Positions 25,052-35,695 of a stretch of DNA of 60,424 bases are shown piece by piece; positions within the stretch are counted from its first letter, which is position 1; the number at the start of each line of letters is the position of its first letter. Origin of the DNA: Octopus bimaculoides (Eukaryota); assembly GCF_001194135.2 (NCBI RefSeq), contig NC_068982.1, forward strand, positions 155,705,973 to 155,766,396, given 5' to 3'. Both the position numbers and the translations under genes were made by a program. Below the pieces are notes generated by a model. It did not search any database. It was not told where the DNA came from and saw nothing but the letters and a program-made list of their open reading frames with translations.

Positions 25052-26188
25052 GACCAATTTTGTAATGATAGTTCGGTGTTTCTATGTGCATGTTAAGGTG
25101 GAGAGCATGGGTCTTTTCCTCTGACCTGCTGTATCATCTCTTCACAAAGGAAAAAGGATTAACAGAAGTTTTTTTTTTTCTTCGATAGGGATTGATCCCA
25201 CTTTGAATTGGGCTCTTTCCTACAGATTGTCAATGAAAGTTTTTTTTTTCCTCCTAATCCTACAGCTATTTTTGCTGTTGATATAACTCATTAGCAAACA
25301 GCAACAACATAGATGTACAAGGGTTAAAAATAGTAGACATTGCTTACTAATGTTATTTCTTTGTAATCTGAAACTTGGCCTCCAATAAACGATTCAGTTT
25401 ATCCATTGAATTTGGTTTTTCTAATTCATTTACTAAAATATTCACCTTTGCTTTTTTTTTTTTTTTTCCATGGTGAAATTGGGTTGGGAATTTTATAAAT
25501 TTTCTGAGAATTTTGCTGTTGGGGCTGGCAATCGTGTGTGCATGTGTGTATGCATTTTATTAGTTGGAGATGTTTTTTCTGTTCCTTTATAAACCATAAT
25601 GGTAAATCTTAATTTTGCATTATGCCCTAATTACTTTACATTAATTATTAAGACCTAAGACCTTTGCCTCTCACCTCCACCCTGTTACAACAGAACCTCA
25701 GAATATATACATAGCTGTGAATGGGCTGAAATGTGTCTAAACTATTATGGCAAGCTCTATGTATATTCCTTAAAGCAAAAGGGGGAACTTTGTTTCAATG
25801 AATACAAATGAATTAGTATATTAAAATATTTGTTGCATTGATTTAAAGAGTTTTGTGTAATACACCTTCCTCAATGAAAGGAAATCATGTAGTTTAGTGG
25901 GTGTAAGATTGAAATAATTGAGCAGTTTGTCAAATGTTTCTGCAACAAGATGTATAGATTTTTAAATGGGATAACAAACATTTTCGAGGGTTTGGATGAA
26001 AAGAATGAGAAAAATTGTTTGGTAATTACAACTGAGATTCACTACTTCCATTTAGAGATAATACAATTTTTCTTAATCTGAAATACTTTTTATTCGAAGG
26101 GAGTTATTTAAATGTTTCTGTTTGAAAAATGTACTGACTTATTTTTGTTTTTTATCCCTCTGTTTTTTCGAAACCTGCAATGCATTTG

Positions 26189-26194
26189 AATAAA
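26189..26194 (+). terminator. Candidate VDAC poly(A) signal AATAAA (proximal alternative at 25384-25389)
   Basis: AATAAA followed by a U/GU-rich tract, at the end of a repeat-free stretch of about 1.1 kb downstream of the stop. Confidence 0.45.
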
Positions 26195-26899
26195 ATTGTT
26201 CTAATTATCTTGTTGCTAATTTTGTTCTAATTAGCTTTTGGATTTTTTTTTTCTTTGTGAAATGTTGAAAGGCATTAAGGAATGCTAAAATCTAAATGAG
26301 TTAAAAATCTAAGTTAAAAAGATATGAAATTGTGATGGGAATCCCTTTCTAAAGTACGTTGACCCATTCTGTATGGGGAATTCCAGTTGTATTGCCAACT
26401 GAATTTTTTTAATTTACTATTTTCAACAATTAGTAGCTGTATCTGCTTAGCTCCAGGTTGACAGCAAACTCAGAAAAATGTTCCAATGATGACAATCTCA
26501 TCCTTTTGTATATGTTGGGACTGCATGGCTCATTTCCTTTTTAAGTATTTGATTTGAAGCAAGATTTGGCTGCTATTATTTGCAGGAACATACCTCTAAT
26601 ATTACATTCAAATTTTTTATTTTTATAAATTAAAATTTCATTTCCTTCTAAGATAATTGGTCCTAGTAGCTATGAAGTTGTACTGGTATTCTAAGTCACA
26701 AAGGTATTGTAAGACCAGGCTTCTGTTGTTTTTAAGTAGATGGAATATGCCTCATCTTTGGAAGCCAACCAATAGGTTAACTAAATTCGTGGTTACGGTT
26801 TTGACATTAGTTGATGGTTATGACAAGTTAACTCTCATAGATATCAGCCTAAGCTTGCTGAATAAAGAAACGTTGGTCAACTTGCAGAGCTGAATTCAC

Positions 26900-27450
26900 A
26901 TCTTGAAAAAGATTGCCAAGATTTTCGAAGGAATGTACATCTGACAAATATTAAGTAATATTCTGCAGCTGGCACAGTTTTTTGTTGGTTTGGGGGAAAG
27001 GTTCAAGTTTCTAGGACTGTTAAAAGGGTTTCTGAATGTTTATAGGCATTTGAAACCAGGGTGTAAGGCTAAGATCAGCCAAGCAACATTTACTGTACTA
27101 CTGGCTGTGTTGGTGGTGGCAGGAAGAGGATACACTTCAATTTCTCTGCAATTGTTTGTATTTTAAACTGACAATTCCAATAATTAAAAGTTAGTTCCTT
27201 ATATCCATGCTGCCGAGAACTTGGAGCTAACCTTTCCATTGAATTTCAATCTTCAGCAAAATTTTTTCAAATGCTATTAAAATGTTATCTTTAACTAGAG
27301 ATAGTTCAATGAGGCAGGGTCTTTAGGGTTGGAACAGCATTCTAAAAATGACATGCTTATTGGGAACTGAATTTAGTTTGAAGAGGTTCAATTGTTGATA
27401 CACCACATAAAGACAACCCACACAGTGGCACATGTAACGAGTTTATTATG
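26900..27450 (-). mobile_element. Decayed Penelope-like (possibly Neptune-type) RT fragment
   Basis: Minus strand, with frameshifts: LIELSLVKDN...LKFNGK-LQVLG-SM, resembling the PLE RT motif F.FNG..YLQ..GTAMG. Confidence 0.4.
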
Positions 27451-27459
27451 ATTATTATC

Positions 27460-28397
27460 AAAACAGTGAGCTGACAGAATCTTTAGTACACCAGGTAAAA
27501 TGCTGAGCAGCATTTTGGCCATCTTTAATGTTCTGAGTTCAAATACTACTGGGGTCGACTTTACCTTTCATTCTTTTGGGGTTGATAACATAAGTACCAG
27601 TCAAATACTGGGGTTGATGTAATTGGCTATTCCTCTCCTCTCCTAAAATTTCAGGCTTTGTGCCTACAGCAGAAATTATTATTATTAAGGTGGCAATCTG
27701 GCAGCATCATTAGCAGGCTGGGCAAAATGCTTAGCAACATTTCAACTGTCCTTATGTTCTGAGTTCAAATTATACCAAGGTCGACTTGGTCTTTCATCCT
27801 TTTGGGGTCAGTCATGGCCAATGCCAGTGCTTTCTAACTGGCATGTAAAAACACTATTCGAGCATTGAGCTTCATGGAGGCAGTGACATCAAGCCAAGAA
27901 GGATTGTAGTTGTGACTGCCAGTGTTGCATAACTGGCCCATTGAAAGCACCCTTCAGTCATTGGGTGATATGCAATGCTTGTGAAAACCTGTTTAACGAA
28001 GTGAAATTGTAGTTGTGGCTGTCTGGCTGGCACCCATGCAGCTGGCACATAAAAAGCACTGTTCAAGTGTTGGGCCTCATGGGGACAGTGATAGCTGATG
28101 TAAATTGATTACTACCCTTCACCCAAATTTCAGGCCTGCTTTTAGTAGAAAGGATTATTATTAAGGCAGTGAGCTGGGAGAATCATCAGCATGCCAGATG
28201 AAATGCTTAGTGGTATTTCGTCTGTCTTTACATTCTGATTTCAAATTCTGCTGAGGTTGACTTTGCCTTTTATCATTTTGGAGGTCAATAAATTAGGTAC
28301 CAGTCAAATACTGGATCAATGCAATCAACAAGTCCCCCCCCCGCCCCCGGCCTCACCACTTCCTAAAATTTCAGGCCTTGTGCTTATAGTAGAAAGG

Positions 28398-28432
<35 letters not shown>

Positions 28433-29694
28433 AAAGGCAGTGAGTTGGCTGAATTGTTAGAATGCTTTGTGGCATTTTGTCCGTCTTTACACTCAGTTCA
28501 AATTCTGCTGTGGTCAACTTTGCCTTTCATCCTTTCAGAGGTTGATAAAATAAGTACCAGTTAAGCACTGGGGTTAATGTAATCGACTAACCCCCGACCT
28601 CGAACTTGCCGGCCTTGTGCCAAAATTTGAAATTCTTATTATTGTTAAAGGATTATTATCTCTGCGTTAACGAAAGCGGAGGTATTGTTTTCAGTCACAT
28701 TTGTTTGTTTGTCCATGGACAAAATATTTCAAGAACCACTGGATGAATTCAGATGAAACTTTCTGGGATGTTTGGTCTTGTGACTAACATGAACTGATTA
28801 GATTTTGGTATCGATCTGGTTCTGGACAAGGATTCTGGATAATTTTTCGTGTCTTTTTTTAACTTAATTTTTGAGAGTGGTTGGGTTCATTTTTAGTATT
28901 CTCGTTTGTGAGAGCAGTCAAGTTTATTTCAGATATTCTCATTTGAAAAGTCATCTCTGGCTAATCGTTGCGAGGATGTTGGTGTCGTCTTGGCGGAGGT
29001 TTGCGCTCTCTGAGTGCTCTTGTTATTACTATTAAAGTGGTGAGCTGGCAGAAACGTTAGCACACCGGGCAAAATGCTTAGCGGTATTTCGTCTGCTCTT
29101 ACGTTCTGAGTTCAAATTCCGCCGAGGTCGACTTTGCCTTTCATCCTTTCGGGGTTGATAAATTAAGTACCAGTTATGCACTGGGGTCAATGTAATCGAC
29201 TTAATCCCTTTGTCTGTCCTTGTTTGTCCCCTCTATGTTTAGCCCCTTGTGGGCAATAAAGAAATAAGAAACATATGCACAGCAGGTGAAATGTTTAGCA
29301 GTATTTTGTGTCTTCATGTTCTGGGTTCAAATTCTGCTTGAGGTCGACTTTACCTTTCATCCTTCCGGGGTTGATAAATTAACTACCTGTGTAACACTGG
29401 GGTTGATATAATCGACTAGTCCCCTCCCCACAAAATTTCAGGTCTTGTGCCTCAAGTAGAAAAGATAATTATTGTTACTTAAGGCAGTGAGCTGGCAGAG
29501 TTGTTAGCATGCTGGGCAAAATGCTTTGTAATATTTCATCTGTCATTATGTCTTGAGTTCAAATCCTGCTGACGTTGACTTTGCTTTTCATCCCTTTCAG
29601 GATTGATAAAATGAGTACCAGTAGAGCACTGGGGTTGGTGTAATCAACTTACCCTCACCCTGGAAATTGCTAGCCTTGTGGCAAAATTTGAAAC

Positions 29695-29728
<34 letters not shown>
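27460..29728 (+). mobile_element. Head-to-tail train of ~7-8 family-A SINE copies, with an RTE 3'-UTR relic (27815-28080) and a Helentron-like insert
   Basis: Heads TAAGG(C/T)(A/G)GTGAGCTGG at about 27461, 27687, 28163, 28433, 29031 and 29478; headless copies at about 28100 and 29270. Several start within the (ATT)n tail of the previous copy. Confidence 0.85.
28655..29024 (+). mobile_element. Non-autonomous Helentron-associated (HINE/DINE-1-like) element, ~370 bp
   Basis: 5' end TTATCTCTGCG...GGAGGTATTGTTTTCAG followed by (TTTG)n. 3' end has subterminal CTTGGCGGAGG, hairpin GCGCTC-TCT-GAGTGC and terminal CTTGTT, in a TT-rich context. Confidence 0.65.
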
Positions 29729-31339
29729 GAGCCTGACTTGCCAATTCTCAGTCAGACCATCCAACCTATGTCAGCATGGAAAGCGGATATTAAATGATGA
29801 TGACGAGTATAATTATTATTTCTTTCTGTTTTGTTACTATAAATTTGAGGGAGGGATATCAAGAGATTTTTGGCCTGCTACTTTGAGCAGATCTTGCTAT
29901 TATGTATGATCGAAGGCATTTCAGTAATGGTCATTGCATCAAGCATCAAGTAGGAGTAGCAGTTTTATCGAAAATCTCTCCCTCCCTCTTTTTAAGCTTA
30001 GTTTGGTTTGAGCAAGATGTGGTTGTTAATTCTAGCTGGTTAAATAATTGCATAGATGTTCTCTCATTGGCTTATCTGGCAGTAAGTAGGAGCCACAATG
30101 TAATACAATTCACTTGTACCTATGGTTGAGGTGAGTTGCTTTATGTATCTTAGGAGAGAGTAAATGAAGGTAATATTTAATTGGTAGTTAGAAGCATAAT
30201 GAGTTTTTTATGTTCTCCCTTATATATTTGATTTGGGAACATTTTCTATCATAATTCAATAATTACACATAGCACATAACAATATATAGTTAGTCATTCT
30301 GCCTCGTCAAGAACAGATTTAAAGGAAAGTATACTATTTCAAGTGACACTAAGAGGAAATAAGACTGGGAGTTGACTTTGTTGTAGACGAGGTTTTCACA
30401 AGAACCTAAATCACTTCCTTTCCAATTTCCTGTAATAAAGTTAGTGCATCCATTTTTCAGTAACATTTTAGAGATGTTGAGGTCAGTGAATCAACATAAT
30501 ATTCACAACTTGTAGAGTTCTTATTGCCTATAACAAACTACTGTATCTGATTTTAGTCTATGTCTATAACATGTGAGGCTGTTATTTATCTCCTATTTAT
30601 CTCAAGCCATTCTGTGATCAATTTTGTTTCACATGTGCCCATCAAGCCCTTTTCTTTTAGACATATATTATCTAGGATTCTAGGTCAACGTAATCTAATG
30701 TCTCCATTTTTGTTTTTTGAAGGGTGTTGAGATATGAAGGAAATTTTCCTGCTATTTTAAACAAGTCAAGTGACACAAAAGCTTGCTCATTGTTAAATTG
30801 AATAATTGCACTAAATATCGTCTTGATAAAAGTAGAGCATAGCATTAGCAATAATGTAACACATGTCCATTGTTAGGTTAACACGATCATGGTAACAAGA
30901 TTATCTTATTTAAGTTTATGTAAAAACAAATGAAAATTAATTACATAGATTTAGTCACTGTCCCAACCCTTGTCGAAGTGTGTTTATCTCAGGACTGATA
31001 TGATGTATTTTGGGTACAAGAACTTGTTGGAAATAATTATGCAGTGAACAGAATTAGGTGTCAGACAAAATGTCTGAGTTTTTAGTTATGGACCCTAATG
31101 TACTAGATTCAAATCCTGCCAATGGCAACTTGACCTTCCATCCTTCCAGAGTCAATAAAATAAACCTCCTGTCAAGCCCCCATGTCTAGGTAGGGGGTTT
31201 AGTGTGTGTGTGTTTTATAAAGGTGGCTTTATGCCTGGTGACTAGTATATAGGGTAGTATGGGTAGATGTAATATCCTTATATATCATCAAAAATGTGAA
31301 TGGAATCAAAGACTAATTAAAAAAAAAAAATCAGCTTAT

Positions 31340-31800
31340 TGAACCATAGAGCTTTAATTCATCACCATCATTGTTTTCCATACTGGCACGGATTGGACAG
31401 TTTGATAGGATCTGGTGTGCTGCAGGGCTGTGCCAAGCTTCAGTGTCAGCTTTGAGTTGTTTTCTATAGCTGGATGCCCCTCCCAATGTCAACCATCTTA
31501 TGGTGTGTACTGGATGCGTTTTGCACTCTACTGGCACTAGTCACATAAAAACAATGAAAAAGGGGAAAAATCCTCATGACTAGGTAAGAGGATTAGTGGG
31601 TGGTGGGAGTTGGCTTTATGCCAAGTGCTAGGAGGTGAAGATGATAGAGGGACAAGAACAAGTGTCCTACTATAGAGGAGTTGCATGACTACCCCACATT
31701 ATATATAAGATGGAAAGAAGAAGGTAGCGATAGGGTTCCAGAGCAAACTCTCAAGATACAAGTGGGTGAGCATAAGATAGGATATGCTCAGTATATCAGG
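31340..31800 (-). mobile_element. Old diverged RTE-tail-like repeat (family B-related)
   Basis: CATCATTGTTTTCCATACTGGCACGG...TAGCTGGATGCCCCTCC. Confidence 0.5.
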
Positions 31801-32208
31801 GAAAGGGGAAGGAGAGGGTGAATAGCTTTATGGGAGTGTGAGGGGAGAGTAACAAATGTTAAAACAATATAATTATTAATGAAATTTTATTTCATTAATT
31901 AAATGTAATAATATTTCATTATTAATTTTAAATTGATGTTATTACTGCCAACTAAAGGAATTTCAAAATGAGCCTAGGCTTCTCTGTTTGGATATTTGAA
32001 AAGTGGAATAAATTCTCTGTGAAGAGAAAGAGCCTTAAAATGTTAAAATTTCTCACTGTCTCCAGGTGTGACCATTGATTAATGATTCCAACACAAACAA
32101 TTACTTGTTCCTTTGAGTTCTATCATTTACTTTATTCTGAAAATTAGATAAATTACTTTTTGAGTCAGAACTAATATTGACTTCTTTTTGTTTCATTTAA
32201 AAAACATA

Positions 32209-32445
32209 CAGAGTGACCCAAAAGTAGGTTTAAAGTTATAACATACACACTTTAAATTTCTTTTAAAATATTTTATTATATTTAAATTTCTATCTTACAA
32301 ACTGAAAAGGGAGCTTGACAAAATTAACTAAATTAGCATAGAATAATGATTTCATATTTCTTTTTATAATTAAGATCTAAACTGTTAATATATGAATGCG
32401 AAAGAGATTGTTGAATAACTGTAAATCTACTTTTGGTCCGCCCTG
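32209..32445. mobile_element. Tc1/mariner-type MITE, 237 bp, TA target-site duplication
   Basis: TA|CAGAGTGACCCAAAAGTAGGTTTA ... TAAATCTACTTTTGGTCCGCCCTG|TA; ~24-bp imperfect TIRs. Confidence 0.8.
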
Positions 32446-32542
32446 TATATGATTTTATAGTGAAACATTTTATATACTCTCTTTGAATCTGCAAGTTTCA
32501 CTTTGTTTAACACACACACACAAAGACATGCACACACACACA

Positions 32543-32594
<52 letters not shown>

Positions 32595-32689
32595 GACACA
32601 CACATGCACGCGCGCACACACACACACGCATGCACCTTTTATTTTTTTCTGTCTTTTTACTACCTTCACTCATTTGAATGTGGCCATGA

Positions 32690-33027
32690 TGGAGTACTGG
32701 CTTAGAAGGGTTTAGTTGAACAAATCAACCCCGCTATTTATTTTTTTAAAAAAGACTGGTACTTATTCTATTGATTGCTATTTGTTGAACCACTAAGTTA
32801 TGGGCTTGTAAAGAAACCAATACAGATTGCCAATAGGTAGTGGGGAACAAACACAAACACAGACACCCACATATACATACATACATACATACATACATAC
32901 GCACACACATACATACACACACACATACATACATACATACATACATACATACATACATGCAAGGTGCCATGCAGTAGGACCGAACCCAAAACCATGTAGT
33001 TGGGAAGCTGGTTTCTTCCAATGCAGC
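32690..33027 (-). mobile_element. Near full-length SINE family C with internal (TACA)n/(CA)n microsatellite
   Basis: tRNA-like head at 33027-32960, microsatellite body, 3' GATAGAATAAGTACCAG-like domain. Confidence 0.75.
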
Positions 33028-33051
33028 CATGCTCGTAAATACATACACACC

Positions 33052-33096
<45 letters not shown>

Positions 33097-33377
33097 TTGT
33101 ATATTTACAACCTCAGATTAAGCTATATATATATAATGAATCTAAATAGCTTGGAAATTAAAATTAGGACACAGAAATTAGCATAATCCCAGTGTAAAGT
33201 TGACTTGTAAACTAAAACATCTGTAATAATAGTCCCAGATACCTATGGAAATTAGATAGTTTCGGTTGGAACGTTTTATAGGCGTGTTTAATGAGGCTTA
33301 ACCTTGGCTGTTGAACAGTAGCACCACCAAACAGCAAAGAGTTGAAAAGGTAAAATTATGTTTCTGTCTCTTTCATA

Positions 33378-33562
33378 CCCGAAATTTTTGGGGAGGGGGG
33401 GGCAGTCGATTAGATAGATCCCCAGTACGCAACTGGTACTTAATTTATCAACTGTGAAAGAATGAAAGGTAAAGTCGACCTCGGCGGAATTTGAACTCAG
33501 AACATAAAGACAGATGAAATACCGCTAAGCATTTCTCCTGGCGTGCTAACGTTTCTGCCAGC
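33378..33562 (-). mobile_element. SINE family A
   Basis: Reverse complement contains A box TGGCAGAAACG, B box GAGTTCAAATTCC and the central domain. Confidence 0.88.
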
Positions 33563-33975
33563 ACAGATTTCGTTGCTTTGTGAAGAGTTCTCTCCCCTTA
33601 ATTCTATTTAATGCCTGACTACCTCCCCTACACCTCAATAAAACAATATGGACATGAAACATTGCAGCAAAACAACGTTTTTCTATATAATAACTTTCAA
33701 AATTTAGTTTCAACACTTTTTCACTGAACATTTATGATAAATTTATATTTTAATAATATTGTGACATATAAGATGAACTAAATAGTTTCATGGTCTTTGA
33801 TTTTTCATGACTGGTGTGACGTGACCTAAAACAACGATATAATATATACTTATAACATCACCGATATGATTTAAATTACAAGCATCTCTGTATTTAACAA
33901 CCTTCAAGCGTTTTAGTTATAGTTCTTTCTGGTTCACATTATCTCGGTTGTTTGAGATTGTTAGATTTAGACGTT

Positions 33976-34941
33976 TTATTTTGAGAATAGTATCCAAAAC
34001 CAAGAAACCCAACCTATTACAAATTTAAACGAATTATTTCTTGCCGCGGAGTTACGCAGAAACCAAGGTCTGCGTTTAGTGGTATGTCTCGTTATTTGTT
34101 CTTCTTCAAAAAATCCAGGTGGATACGCTCTATTAATATTACTGTTCACCTTTGTTTGATTAGTCTTTCTGACGTCAGTATTGCTGTTCTTATTCGGTCT
34201 ATTAGAATACATTGCTTTAGTGGTAGTAGTACGCGGTTTGTAAGTCATTACACAGTAAATACCATCTTCAATATTCGGTTTGAAAAAGGGACATTGCCAT
34301 GGCAAAAAGTCCATAATATTCATATTTGATGTAGGCGAACGCATCCATTCAAGCGCTTGGTGAACGTTGATGATAAAGACATCTTCCATAGCTACTAAAC
34401 GATTTAAAAACTCGTCCATTGCATCTAAATTGTCAGTCTTATCTAACCAAGGAGAATGAAGATTTAAATAATACGGAGCTCTGTTGGTCCGGTAGTTCCT
34501 CAGAAAATTCTTCCACAATATTTGAAACGCTTCATCTTTGTTTCGTGGTTTGTTTTGGCAGAAATCTACATAGGCACAAGGCAAATGCTCTCTGTAGTCC
34601 ATTAAAGTGACTACAGGAACTTCCCAGAAGCCAGGGTAAGACTTTTGTGGACACGGTTTAATATTGCAACCAATAGCAAGGGGAGAATCCAGTGTAAACG
34701 GCCAAATTACTGGTGAATAAACATTCCTGGGAAAAGGATGAGTAAGGGTGGCATCATAAGTAAAATTATTCTTCCAAAGAATGGTAAACATCGTATCACC
34801 TGTTGGTTGCAGAAATGGACTTCGCCAGCCTCGAATATGTTCAATTGGAATTTCCGCAAGATTTGCAAGGTTGTGACGTTGAGTTAATATTTCATTAGCT
34901 AACTCTTCTTCGCTAGCATTTTTCCACCATGCATGCGGTAC
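33976..34941 (-). CDS. Chitin deacetylase-like exon 2 (motifs 3-5, Thr/Asn-rich stalk, hydrophobic tail)
   Basis: ORF 33976..34791 extends 50 codons upstream in frame (VPHAWWKNASEEELANEILTQRHNLANLAEIPIEHIRGWRSPFLQPTGDT) to the AG acceptor at 34943-34942. Confidence 0.94.
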   Translation of the reverse strand, partial: VPHAWWKNASEEELANEILTQRHNLANLAEIPIEHIRGWRSPFLQPTGDTMFTILWKNNFTYDATLTHPFPRNVYSPVIWPFTLDSPLAIGCNIKPCPQKSYPGFWEVPVVTLMDYREHLPCAYVDFCQNKPRNKDEAFQILWKNFLRNYRTNRAPYYLNLHSPWLDKTDNLDAMDEFLNRLVAMEDVFIINVHQALEWMRSPTSNMNIMDFLPWQCPFFKPNIEDGIYCVMTYKPRTTTTKAMYSNRPNKNSNTDVRKTNQTKVNSNINRAYPPGFFEEEQITRHTTKRRPWFLRNSAARNNSFKFVIGWVSWFWILFSK

Positions 34942-35653
34942 CTGTAATTAGAGTAAAATGAAAAGGAAGTCAGTGATGAATTATTTAATAACTTTTATAT
35001 GTATATAAAAGAAATGCTATAAACATTTGAAATACTATGTGTATTATAATAAAGCATATTATAACTGGTGTAGTACACGTCAAAAACGACGGGATTTAGT
35101 TTTGCTTCTTTTTAGTATTTTTAATGTTTTTGCTTCAAGCTTTGCTCAGTTTTCATTTTGTTTCGTTTCAGTTATTATTCTTTTTGCCATTATTGACTCC
35201 GCTTTATTATTCTGACTAGTTCACATTTTAGACACTGTCTGTCTCTCTCCCTCTCTCTCCACCCCCTCTCTTCCACCATATATATAAAATATACATGCAT
35301 ACATGCATACATACATACATATGTGAGTTTGGAGGGATATATTATCCTGGCGGATATCATAATGACACTCAGTTAAGTTCCAGTTTACGGTTAACCATAT
35401 GATCAGCATTTAACGTCTGTAACTACTATTAGTTGTTAATCACTGTGAATTCTTCCGATGAGTAATTCCATGTTCGCTTCCCTGGACGGTAATATTGTCT
35501 GGAGTACATATTAGTAATAATTATATACAGTATGGAGACTAGTTCATCCTTAAAATTTATATTCTATTTTACAATTTTATACAACATATTACTATGACAT
35601 ACACGTTTTTCCACTGCACAGACTGGCAGTTGCAGACGCAACCTGGCACTATT

Positions 35654-35695
<42 letters not shown>

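Noticed and set aside
32470-33186. Many overlapping ORFs (CVCV, THTH, YIYI, MYVC peptides), also at 74-512, 8527-8739, 39824-40064, 40456-40825 and 51492-52094
   Set aside because: They are translations of (CA)n/(TA)n/(TACA)n/(ATC)n microsatellites, which lack stops in several frames.
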